DNA of 64,000 bases from Gammaproteobacteria bacterium (GTDB taxonomy: Bacteria > Pseudomonadota > Gammaproteobacteria > G965277405), in assembly GCA_965277405.1 (NCBI GenBank), contig OZ255726.1:1824001-1888000 (forward strand), read 5' to 3'. Shown here in pieces: positions 49,159 to 58,460 of this stretch (position 1 is its first letter; the number at the start of each line of letters is the position of its first letter). A program made the translations under genes and the position numbers. The notes beneath the pieces are model-generated. The model worked only from the letters and a program-made list of their open reading frames with translations. It searched no databases and was not told the DNA's origin.

Positions 49159-51002
49159 TATTGTCGCAGCCAAGTATTCGTTAAAATCATTGTGGAAATT
49201 AATTGCTCATACAATTTGAGTGTTTGCTGTAGCTGTATAGTTTGTTTTCCAAACTGTGCTGTAGCTGTAGTGACTCCTGATTGGGTAATTGCCCCCAGCC
49301 GCTGGGCATAATATATCAACGCTCGATTATTTTTACTCGGCTGTAACAACGAGCCAGCGAACGCATTGATTGACAGGCGATAGTGGAGTAAATCAGCAAC
49401 AGTCGGGTATATTTCAACTTGTCCGCGCACGCTGTTGTCGATTCTTGCGCCAATCAACTGCGGCGCGTATACGATGAATGGAATGGCAAACAAATTGACG
49501 ATGCGTTGTTGCTGAGTTGCTGCAGATGGAGCGAATTTGGTGTGGTCTGCTATGAGAATAAACACTGTATTATCGAACCATGGCTGCAGGCGTGCTTTTG
49601 AAAAAAACTGCCCTAGGCTCCAATCAGCATAATGCAAGGTATTGGCAAACCGCGCTGGTGTGCTATTGCCTGGGATAAGCTGATGCTCAACAGGCATTAG
49701 CGCAAACGGTTCGTGGGTAGTACCAGTAAATGCAACTGCTAGAAATGGTGTATCATGCGGAATTTCTTTCAGCAGGGTGTTGAACATTTCATAGTCCCAG
49801 CCTGTGATGTTGTCGTCAGCATACGGCAATTCCATTGGAATATCCTGGCGATGATAGGCGTAATCAAAGCCATTATTGAGCACCACCTCATTGATGTTAT
49901 AGGTATGTTTGCTCGCTGATTGCACAAACAAGGTGGCATAGCCTTGGCGCTGTGCCAACTCGCCAATGCTGTCCATAGCAAAGCCACTCAAGCCCTTGCC
50001 TAGGGGTGGTGTTGCAGGACTGCGCGGAATACCAAATAACACCGCCTGTAAGGCCTCAATGCTGCGTTGCCCTGCGGCATAGCCGTTGCTAAACAACAAT
50101 GACTGCGCGGCAATTTTGTCGAATTCTGGAGTAAGCGCCTGCTGCGCGCCATAACTGTCAAGCCACTGCTTCCCCCAGCTCTCCAATAAAATAACCACAA
50201 CGTTGGCTGGCTTGGCAAGCGTTGGCTGTATAGTTGTTGCAAACGGAGCTTGCTCAGATATGCCACGTTGCTTTTCTAAGGCAATAATTTGTTGTTGGGT
50301 GAAATATTGCAGTGGTTGCATATCGTGAAAATCATCCAGCGCTGCGGAAATTGACAACACCCCGTTGACCAGCACATGACCACGTTGCAAGCCATAACTG
50401 CTGTAGACATGGTTGGTATGGAGTGTTTTCCCTGCTAAACGAAAACCACGAAAGCCGAACACCAACGCCATACATAGCACCGGCAATATTAGCAAATGCA
50501 ACCAATACGGTGGCACAACATATGTTTTGGGTGCATATTTGAATATCAGCAACAACGCCAATACTGCCACCACAATAAATAATACGCTCAAGCCCAAGTA
50601 GTCGTGCAGCGCCAAATAGGCATATAACGGCAAGTCATCACTGAAATAGACGATTTCATAGCTAATGTGTTTTTGACCTTGCGCAAAATATACAGCGTCT
50701 GCAAGCAACACGACAACAGCAAAGCACAACAATAACCAACTACATAACGATATCAGTCGCCACCATGTTTTGCTGGCACGCAACTTAGGTATCGGCAGCC
50801 ACACCAGCAACAGCGGTAGCGCAAGTAAGCGACAAGCTGTCGCAATATCAACCCAATACCCAGCGAACAAGTCACTGTAGCCAATGTCAGCCAACAGCGC
50901 GTGATTCTGCCATAGTAATACCACACGGCCCAAAAAAATTACGCAGGCAAACACAGCAATAGCTGCAAGCTGTAGCGATAGCCAGCGCAATGTTGACTTC
51001 AT
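49158..51002 (-). CDS. LTA-synthase-family / sulfatase-like membrane protein
   Basis: N-terminal TM helices; NVVVILLESW, TTHEPF, YADWSLG and NTVFILIADH motifs. Confidence 0.85.
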   Translation of the reverse strand: MKSTLRWLSLQLAAIAVFACVIFLGRVVLLWQNHALLADIGYSDLFAGYWVDIATACRLLALPLLLVWLPIPKLRASKTWWRLISLCSWLLLCFAVVVLLADAVYFAQGQKHISYEIVYFSDDLPLYAYLALHDYLGLSVLFIVVAVLALLLIFKYAPKTYVVPPYWLHLLILPVLCMALVFGFRGFRLAGKTLHTNHVYSSYGLQRGHVLVNGVLSISAALDDFHDMQPLQYFTQQQIIALEKQRGISEQAPFATTIQPTLAKPANVVVILLESWGKQWLDSYGAQQALTPEFDKIAAQSLLFSNGYAAGQRSIEALQAVLFGIPRSPATPPLGKGLSGFAMDSIGELAQRQGYATLFVQSASKHTYNINEVVLNNGFDYAYHRQDIPMELPYADDNITGWDYEMFNTLLKEIPHDTPFLAVAFTGTTHEPFALMPVEHQLIPGNSTPARFANTLHYADWSLGQFFSKARLQPWFDNTVFILIADHTKFAPSAATQQQRIVNLFAIPFIVYAPQLIGARIDNSVRGQVEIYPTVADLLHYRLSINAFAGSLLQPSKNNRALIYYAQRLGAITQSGVTTATAQFGKQTIQLQQTLKLYEQLISTMILTNTWLRQ

Positions 51003-51712
51003 GTTTCTCTATCGATACGGTGTTTTGACTGCCCGCATGCAGCCGCTGGACGCATGCCAATTAGCGGCCGTATCAATTGTTGCTGAGACCGAGTGAGCAA
51101 ATATGACCCAGTAAACTTTGTTGCCTCTATGACATACATATATTTGCAGAAATTCGGCAACACAATGTTCAGCCAGCGCAATGGTCTGCGCCAACGTGCT
51201 GGCGCTTTCTCTGTCCAAATAGCCAGTCTGGGACAATAATACCGATAGTGAATTTCATTAAAACTCAATAACCGCAGCCAATCGGAGAGCCGACGCGGGT
51301 GTATCAAGCGTTGTTGTTTGATGGCGAGTATCAGCCCAACTAGCGATATTGGGTTGTCATCGAATAACAATAGCTTCCCGTTCGACATTAACGCCTGGTG
51401 GACTTCTCGCAACATTTGTTGTGGTTCATCAGCATCACGCAAACTATACATTATTGTAATCAAATCCACGCTTTCTGGCAGCAAGGGCAAATGCTCATAA
51501 TCTGCAACAATTCCTGCTGTGTTGGCTGGTGCATGGTGGATGGTGAATGTATGTTGATAACGAGAATAATATAAAATAGCACGGCAACAACGCTTGCCAA
51601 TAACAACAGCATACTGACCAAAATTGTGTGAAAAATATCCTTGCAGATAATTAAACTCTACCTTGCGTTGGCAGCGGCGTGGAGATAGCCAACGGCGCAG
51701 CAGCAGTTTCAA
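50999..51712 (-). CDS. Class I SAM methyltransferase-like protein (YafS-like)
   Basis: HLPLLPESVDL, PQQMLREV..L..G.L..NPISL and RLSDWLRLLSF motifs. Confidence 0.7.
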   Translation of the reverse strand: MKLLLRRWLSPRRCQRKVEFNYLQGYFSHNFGQYAVVIGKRCCRAILYYSRYQHTFTIHHAPANTAGIVADYEHLPLLPESVDLITIMYSLRDADEPQQMLREVHQALMSNGKLLLFDDNPISLVGLILAIKQQRLIHPRRLSDWLRLLSFNEIHYRYYCPRLAIWTEKAPARWRRPLRWLNIVLPNFCKYMYVIEATKFTGSYLLTRSQQQLIRPLIGMRPAAACGQSKHRIDRET

Positions 51713-52242
51713 GCCAGGAACTCCTGTACACGCACAGGTATAGCGCTGTGTTGTAACCGCAGCAACTGGCGCACGCTTCCGTGTAATGGAATAACTGCAT
51801 TTGCATCAACTTCTAGCCACGGAACGAGGACAAACAACCGCTGGTGCGCTGCAGGGTGGGGGATGGTTAATGTGCGGCAATGCAACGTGGTGTCTGCTGC
51901 AGCAATGACATCGATATCAATAATGCGCTCTCCCCACTTTCTGCTAGCTACACGCCCCATTGCCTGCTCAATGCCTTGGGTGGTGCTATGCAGCTGCTGC
52001 GCCGCGGCAGTCGTCTCCACTATGAGCACAGCGTTATAATATTCAGGTTGGGCGATATCGTCACAGGTAACCGCAGCACTGCGGTAAATCGATGATGCTT
52101 GTATAATCTGGTAATGTTCTGCCAACATATCCTTGCACCGATGCAATTGCCCAATGGGGTTCTCTAAATTACTGCCAAGCGCGAGCACATATTGTAAAAC
52201 TGCTATTGCTGGCTGTCTGGCTGTTGCAGTATTAGCGCTCAC
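51709..52242 (-). CDS. folK: 2-amino-4-hydroxy-6-hydroxymethyldihydropteridine diphosphokinase
   Basis: LALGSNL, IEQAMGR..KWGERIIDID, LTIPHP and RLFVLVP motifs. Confidence 0.93.
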   Translation of the reverse strand: MSANTATARQPAIAVLQYVLALGSNLENPIGQLHRCKDMLAEHYQIIQASSIYRSAAVTCDDIAQPEYYNAVLIVETTAAAQQLHSTTQGIEQAMGRVASRKWGERIIDIDVIAAADTTLHCRTLTIPHPAAHQRLFVLVPWLEVDANAVIPLHGSVRQLLRLQHSAIPVRVQEFLA

Positions 52243-53510
52243 GACTTGCGCGTGCGCCGTCTGCGCTTGGGTGAAAGTGGCAGTTGCGCCTTGAGCTCTG
52301 CGAGCTTATCTGCATTTTCTACTGGGCAGGCAACGTATGTATTCCACCAATCAAACCAAATGCCAACGTCTTCACCGCATTGCTGGCGCAATAAGAAAAA
52401 ATCATAGGCAGCACGAAAATCTCTACTACTGCTCAAGTAATGAAGACTGCGCTGTGTTGGCGCATTAAACTTGGTTTGCATCAACCATATTGCTTTAATG
52501 CGATACATGAACCGCGCGGGCACGCGCATAATCCCATTCTGTTCATTGAGAATTTTTTGCATAATAATGGTGCGGTCACGATCGTTATCTGCATTTATAG
52601 CAAGTTCTTTATACGCAAACCAAAAAATTGCAACGAGAATAAATGCGGGAGTAATCGATTTACCAAATGCCAAGCGTTCGTCCGTATTTACCAATACTGC
52701 ATCAATCAATTGACGCGCTTGCTGAGCATATGGGGCGCGCGGATGCAAACTGGTATGCGCCGTAGGAAACATATATTCAAACAGCGCAATCTTTTCAATC
52801 AAGGCAAACGCGCGGACGCTCCTGTGGCAAAACACCAACTTTTGATATTCACCAAATAACCGCGCTGCAGAAATACAGTGCAATGTATGACCAAGCTGCT
52901 TAGCGGCAGTCATTGTCAATGGTTCGATAGAGAACTCGAGTTTAGCCGCAAAACGAATCACACGCAAAATCCGTACTGGGTCTTCTTTAAACCGCATTGC
53001 TGGGTTGTCTATCATCCTGATGACTTTGTCGCGCAAATCACCAACCCCATTATATTTATCAATAAATTTGTTGTTTACTGGGTCATAATACATCGCATTT
53101 ATTGTTATATCTCTGCGATTGATATCCTCATCTAGCGTGCCAAAGCAATTATCGTATGTGAGTTGCCCAGTATGCGACTGTTGTTGAAACTGTTGCTGAT
53201 GATCAGTTTGCGGGTTGCCGCGATAGGTCGTCACTTCTATAAGCTCACCACCGCTATACACATGGACAATTTTAAAACGTTTACCAATAATCCTTGCATT
53301 TTTAAAGATTTTTGCAACTTGGTCAGGGTGGGCATTCGTGGCAATATCAAAGTCTTTTGGGGCGCGACCCAGCAGCAAGTCGCGCACGCATCCTCCAACT
53401 AAATACCCTTGAAAATCTGCTTGGTGCAGCGTAGATATGATGGATTTTGCGGCATACGAAATACGTTCGTGGTTGTTTTGCAGGGTTTCGATTGGTGACG
53501 GCAACGGCAT
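52239..53510 (-). CDS. pcnB: Poly(A) polymerase I
   Basis: LVGGCVRDLLLG..PKDFDIAT, IIGKRFKIVHV, RRDITINAMYY and FRAAYDF motifs; Arg-rich tail; adjacent to folK. Confidence 0.93.
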   Translation of the reverse strand: MPLPSPIETLQNNHERISYAAKSIISTLHQADFQGYLVGGCVRDLLLGRAPKDFDIATNAHPDQVAKIFKNARIIGKRFKIVHVYSGGELIEVTTYRGNPQTDHQQQFQQQSHTGQLTYDNCFGTLDEDINRRDITINAMYYDPVNNKFIDKYNGVGDLRDKVIRMIDNPAMRFKEDPVRILRVIRFAAKLEFSIEPLTMTAAKQLGHTLHCISAARLFGEYQKLVFCHRSVRAFALIEKIALFEYMFPTAHTSLHPRAPYAQQARQLIDAVLVNTDERLAFGKSITPAFILVAIFWFAYKELAINADNDRDRTIIMQKILNEQNGIMRVPARFMYRIKAIWLMQTKFNAPTQRSLHYLSSSRDFRAAYDFFLLRQQCGEDVGIWFDWWNTYVACPVENADKLAELKAQLPLSPKRRRRTRKS

Positions 53511-53597
53511 ATGGTTCTAGCTAAATAGTGGACTGAGAAATAATATATATATGTATGCCTATGCTGATATGCTACCACCAATTTCATAAATTCCAAT

Positions 53598-55319
53598 ATG
53601 TTCAGCTTATACCGTCGACTTTTCACCTACGTCCCGCTCGCAACAACATGCGCAATGATTGCCATTGCCGTAGCCGCATTTGCCCTTGCCAGCCTCGCCA
53701 ACACGCTTGCCGCGCATTTAATGAGTTTGCTCGAGGTCGCTTGGAACGAAGCAATACCATTTTGGCGTATCTGGGCTCCTATTGGTTTTATTGGCGTAGC
53801 CTTTGCTCGCGGCTTTGGCAATGTCATCGGCAACTATGCGATGCAACGGTTGACTAGAAAAATAATTCTCTCGTTGCGTAACCACTTGGCGCAATGCATT
53901 TTGCAGTTGCCGCAAGCATTTTTTCGACAGCAACGTCAAGGAACAGTGCAAGCACTTTTTAGCTACCACTGCGAGCAAATTGAATCGTCAATCGGCGGCG
54001 GGTTGATTGTGCTATTGCGTGAATCGATGACAGTCATTGCCTTATTTACGTATTTGTTGTACTTGAATTGGCTGCTGACGCTTGAGCTATTGGTGCTGCT
54101 CCCACTCCTAGCTGTATTAATTAATGCGGCGAGTAAAGCCTTCAGACGGTATAGCCACCGCATCCAAAATTCGCTGTCGCGTTTCAGCAGTCAAATGCAT
54201 GAATTTATTAGTGTCCGCGAGGTTATTAAACTTGCCAATAGCCAACCACAAGAGACCAGGGCATTCGCTACAACCAACACCGAAAACTATCATCACCATA
54301 TGAAACTGGCGTTGATCAACACCATCAGTGTGCCGTTAATCTCTGTGCTGATTGGTGCAGGGATTGGTTGTATTATGTGGCAGGTCTTAAACCTCTCTTT
54401 ACCGACAACATTTGCAAGCTACGGGCTGTTTGCTGCATATATCACCGCGACGGGCATCATTATCAAACCCATCCGCCAACTGACAACCGTAATCGCCTTG
54501 ATTCAGCGTGGTTTAGCCGCAGCAGAAGAGATTTTTTCGATTATCGATGCACCAACAGAAATCGATAATGGCAGCCGGGTGCTAGCAAGCCAAGTTGGGA
54601 CAATTGAATTCATCAATACCGATGTTGCCTTTGGCGCGACCACGGTTTTGACTGATATTAACTTGGTGATTGCAGCTGGTGCTAGCGTTGCCTTTGTCGG
54701 CGAATCTGGCAGCGGCAAAACCACACTGACAATGCTGTTAACTCGGTTTATCACCGCCAGCAAAGGCAGCGTGCGTATCAACGGCTGCGACATCAATAGC
54801 TATTCACTAACAAGCGTGCGCCAACAGATAGCGATGGTGACCCAAAACCCCACATTTTTTAGCCGCACAATTGCAGAGAATATAAGCTATCCACACCAGA
54901 CAATCGACGCCGCGTTATTACAGCAATCGATTGAATTTGCTAATTTAGATGAGGTCATCGCCACCATGGCACACGGGGTTGACACCCAAGTTGGCAACAA
55001 TGCCGACCAATTGTCTGGTGGACAACGCCAACGGTTGGCGCTCGCCCGCGCGTTTTATAAGCAAGCACCAATTTTATTGTTGGATGAAGCTACTGCTGCG
55101 CTAGATAACCAAAGCGACTTTGCGATTCAGCAAGCGCTTGCCACCATGATACATAGCAATACTACTTTGATTGTTGTCGCGCACAGGTTGTCGTCAATTG
55201 TCCATCTTGATACAATTGTGGTATTTAAAAAGGGTAGAATAATTGACCAAGGCAGCCATACACAATTGATGGAGCGTTGTAGTTATTATCAAAACCTGTA
55301 TCGGCTACAACAACGCTAA
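53598..55319 (+). CDS. msbA: Lipid A export ABC transporter
   Basis: TM domain plus GESGSGKT, LSGGQRQR and LLDEATAALD; upstream of lpxK. Confidence 0.85.
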   Translation: MFSLYRRLFTYVPLATTCAMIAIAVAAFALASLANTLAAHLMSLLEVAWNEAIPFWRIWAPIGFIGVAFARGFGNVIGNYAMQRLTRKIILSLRNHLAQCILQLPQAFFRQQRQGTVQALFSYHCEQIESSIGGGLIVLLRESMTVIALFTYLLYLNWLLTLELLVLLPLLAVLINAASKAFRRYSHRIQNSLSRFSSQMHEFISVREVIKLANSQPQETRAFATTNTENYHHHMKLALINTISVPLISVLIGAGIGCIMWQVLNLSLPTTFASYGLFAAYITATGIIIKPIRQLTTVIALIQRGLAAAEEIFSIIDAPTEIDNGSRVLASQVGTIEFINTDVAFGATTVLTDINLVIAAGASVAFVGESGSGKTTLTMLLTRFITASKGSVRINGCDINSYSLTSVRQQIAMVTQNPTFFSRTIAENISYPHQTIDAALLQQSIEFANLDEVIATMAHGVDTQVGNNADQLSGGQRQRLALARAFYKQAPILLLDEATAALDNQSDFAIQQALATMIHSNTTLIVVAHRLSSIVHLDTIVVFKKGRIIDQGSHTQLMERCSYYQNLYRLQQR

Positions 55320-55326
55320 GAACCTA

Positions 55327-56307
55327 ATGCGCAACACGCTCAGCAAAATCCTGCTCGCCGCTTGGTACCAGCAACACCCGCTACGCTGGCTGCTGATCCC
55401 TATTTCATGGGTATATTGGCTGCTAGTGCTGCTGCGCCAACAGCCACGCCAGCCCAGCGAAAAACTGACGATTATTGTGGGCAATTACACCGTCGGCGGC
55501 ACAGGCAAAACAGAGATAATCAAAGCAATAGCACTCCATTATCCACAACTAAAAATTGGCATCGCCTATCAAGCGTATCGGGTTGATATCGCCACAGCAC
55601 AGCTGGTAGATGCTGCCAACCCAAGCGTTTTTGGTGATGAACCGAGCATGCTCTTGCAGCATTGTGCGGCGCTGATTGCCGTTGCCAACAGCAGAGCAGA
55701 TGCTGTTGCCTTGCTCAACCAACGCGATGATGTTGATATTATTTTGCTCGATGATGGACTCCACAGCGCAGTCGCCCGCGATGCAGAAATTGTTCTTTTT
55801 GACGCACGCGGCGTTGGTAATGGCCACCTCATCCCCGCCGGTCCGCTGCGCGTCCCGCTGCACAACACCGCCACCCAGCCAACAGCCAAGCGATTTATTG
55901 CGAGTAAAGGCAGCCCGCAACAACCACAATTTTCCCACTTACCCGTATTCAGCTACCGAGTAAGCGCAATCGCCAATGCAGCGGGACAAATCAGCGTCGC
56001 AACATGGAAAAACCGCTATGCAGAGCAACCTATTGTTGCCTTATCTGCCATCGCCAACCCACAAGGATTTTATCAGACCCTTGTCGACATAGGGATTTCA
56101 TTCACCGCGTTGACCTTGGCTGACCACAGCACCCTCGCAGATGCAGATTTTAACGACGATACCGTGTATCTGATGACCGCAAAAGACGCCGTAAAATATC
56201 AGCACTTACCTGCTAAGTATATCTGGCATGTGGCTATTGAGCTAATCCCACCAACAGGATTATGGGACTTTGTTGATGAAGTTATTGCCAAAGGAAGTTC
56301 TGATTAA
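55327..56307 (+). CDS. lpxK: Tetraacyldisaccharide 4'-kinase
   Basis: VGNYTVGGTGKT, GDEP, LDDGL, GNGHLIPAGPLR and MTAKDAVK motifs. Confidence 0.92.
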   Translation: MRNTLSKILLAAWYQQHPLRWLLIPISWVYWLLVLLRQQPRQPSEKLTIIVGNYTVGGTGKTEIIKAIALHYPQLKIGIAYQAYRVDIATAQLVDAANPSVFGDEPSMLLQHCAALIAVANSRADAVALLNQRDDVDIILLDDGLHSAVARDAEIVLFDARGVGNGHLIPAGPLRVPLHNTATQPTAKRFIASKGSPQQPQFSHLPVFSYRVSAIANAAGQISVATWKNRYAEQPIVALSAIANPQGFYQTLVDIGISFTALTLADHSTLADADFNDDTVYLMTAKDAVKYQHLPAKYIWHVAIELIPPTGLWDFVDEVIAKGSSD

Positions 56308-56336
56308 GCCATGCTGGGCAAGACAGAACAACAACG
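56293..56336 (+). repeat. Degenerate MITE end supplying the lpxK stop codon
   Basis: ggaagttctgattaagccatgctgggcaagacagaacaacaacg aligns with the MITE end ggaa..tctgattaagtccatgatgggcgagacggcacaacaacg. Confidence 0.75.
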
Positions 56337-56348
56337 AAAGCCCACACC

Positions 56349-56543
56349 ATGAAACCAAGCTCGCGCATCCTACCAATCATCGTCTGCCCACTGTGTAAAG
56401 CACCGCTACACCGCGTTGGTGCAGAACTCTGGTGCCGTGCTGAAAAAATCGCCTATCCAATCCAAGGCAAATCGCTGCAGCTATTCGTCGCAGCTGCACG
56501 ACCATTATCGCTGGAAGAGCTGGAAAAGCAGCTGTTACCATAG
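56349..56543 (+). CDS. ycaR: Trm112-family protein
   Basis: IIVCPLCKAPL..ELWC..IAYPI; conserved position after lpxK. Confidence 0.8.
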   Translation: MKPSSRILPIIVCPLCKAPLHRVGAELWCRAEKIAYPIQGKSLQLFVAAARPLSLEELEKQLLP

Positions 56544-56898
56544 TTGTCGCCGCTATACATAACTTAACATAACTTATTACTCCATCGGCTGGGGTGGAGT
56601 CTTGGCGGTTACGCTGCAGCCGAACGGTCGCAGCTTAACGCCAAACCCCCGCGCTAATCCGTCAATCCCGCTCCTTACCAAGAACCAAGAACCAATAAGC
56701 AATAACCGATAACAGTAGCTATTCGACCGCAGCGACCAAGCCCCTTGTTTGCTCAGGCTGCTGTGAATTGGGGCAGCATTAGCAAAACTCTGATGCAGCC
56801 GCTAATGCAGCGAGTAGATTAAACTAGGTTTTTTACCTTGTATTTCTTGCCCAAAGTATGCCAACATTAGCCTATAGAAATATTTACTGCCGCAGCCT

Positions 56899-57816
56899 AT
56901 GAAATATTTACTGCCAATACTCATGAGTGCCGCCCTCTTGGCGTTCTCAACCGTGGGTTGTGCTGCCGATTTGCAGCAAGGTCTAACTACCTATAACAAT
57001 AGCGACTACCCAACTGCTATTCGCGAATTACAACCGCTTGCTGAACAGGGCAATGCCGAAGCCCAGTTCAAGCTGGGTGTAATGTATTATAACGGAAAAG
57101 GCGTGCCGCAAGACTCTAAGGTGGCGCTGCAGTGGTATGAACGTGCCGCAGCACAGCGATATGCCAAAGCCCAGTTACAGATGGGTTTAATGTATTTTTA
57201 CGGAAAAGGTGTAGCGCAAGACGCTAAGGCGGGGCTGCAGTGGTATAAACTTGCCGCAGCACAGGGAGATGCCGACGCCCAGAGCATTCTGGGTTGGATG
57301 TATGGTAAAGGAGAAGGTGTAGCGCAAGACTATCAGGCGGCGCTGCAGTGGTGTAAACTTGCCGCAGCACAGGGAGATGCTGACGCCCAGAACAATATGG
57401 GTTGGATGTATCATAATGGATACGGTGTATTGCAAGACTATCAGGCGGCGCTGCAGTGGTATAAACTTGCCGCAGCACAGGGAAATGCCAACGCCCAAGT
57501 CAATTTGGGAATGATGTATGGTAGCGGAAAAGGTGTGCCGCAAGACTATAAGGCGGGGCTGCAGTGGTATAAACTTGCCGCAGCACAGGGAGATGCTGAC
57601 GCCCAAAACAATCTGGGAGTGATGTATGCTAACGGAACAGGTGTAATCCAAGATAATGTGTATGCCCATATGTGGTATAATATTGCGGCGTATAATGAAA
57701 GTACGACAGGAGCAAAATCGCGAGATAGTCTTGCTAAAGTAATGACCGCTGCCCAGATCGCTAGCGCACAGCAACTTGCCCGTGAATGTGTCAAGAAAAA
57801 GTATAAGGGGTGTTGA
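56899..57816 (+). CDS. SEL1-like repeat lipoprotein, 6 repeats
   Basis: Lipobox-like TVG-C; six 36-aa repeats AQ..LG.MY..G.GV.QD..A..WY..AA.QG; C-cap ..ARECVKKKYKGC. Confidence 0.93.
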   Translation: MKYLLPILMSAALLAFSTVGCAADLQQGLTTYNNSDYPTAIRELQPLAEQGNAEAQFKLGVMYYNGKGVPQDSKVALQWYERAAAQRYAKAQLQMGLMYFYGKGVAQDAKAGLQWYKLAAAQGDADAQSILGWMYGKGEGVAQDYQAALQWCKLAAAQGDADAQNNMGWMYHNGYGVLQDYQAALQWYKLAAAQGNANAQVNLGMMYGSGKGVPQDYKAGLQWYKLAAAQGDADAQNNLGVMYANGTGVIQDNVYAHMWYNIAAYNESTTGAKSRDSLAKVMTAAQIASAQQLARECVKKKYKGC

Positions 57817-57937
57817 ATAGCAGCGTTGTCAACTTGATGCTAGCTGTGCTGCCACCTTGCCAACAGTGCTAGCCTAGGCTAATCAGGTTGTGACGTAGAC
57901 GATGAGAAAATATATGTCACAGCAGCAGAAAACTAGG

Positions 57938-58064
57938 CTGCTGCGTTGCATCCCTCGGCGTATATGCTACGGCATGCGCTCAAGGTAATGTGCGCGGAAT
58001 GCGCTTTGCAATCATCAGCAATTGCCATCAAACCAGCCCCATCAGCGGCTTAATCAGACCTTCC
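57938..58064 (-). mobile_element. Partial MITE
   Basis: ttgcatccctcggcgtatatgctacggcatgcgct...tgcaatcatcagcaattgc...cttaatcagaccttcc. Confidence 0.8.
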
Positions 58065-58460
58065 CAAGGGTAACTGCGTTATTTACTGCCTCACGCTCCT
58101 TATCGCTTGAAGATCTGGAAAAGGAGCTGCAAACATAGTTGTCGCCGCTATACATAACTTAACATAACTTATTATTCCATCGGCTGGGGTGGAGTCTTGG
58201 CGGTTACGCTGCAGCCGAACGGTCGCAGCTTGACGCCAAACCCCCGCGCTAATCCGTCAATCCCACTCCTTACCAAGAACCAAGAACCAATAACCAATAA
58301 CAGCAGCTATTCGACCGCAGCGACCAAGCCCCTTGTTTGCTCAGGCTGCTGTGAATTGGGGCAGCATTAGCAAAACTCTGATGCAGCCGCTAATGCAGCG
58401 AGTAGATTAAACTAGGTTTTTACCCTGTATTTCTTGCCCCAAGTATGCCAACATTAGCAT

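Noticed and set aside
56899-56916. MKYLLP start identical to the pelB leader of cloning vectors
   Set aside because: Only six residues match; the remainder is a native lipoprotein-type signal present in both paralogs.
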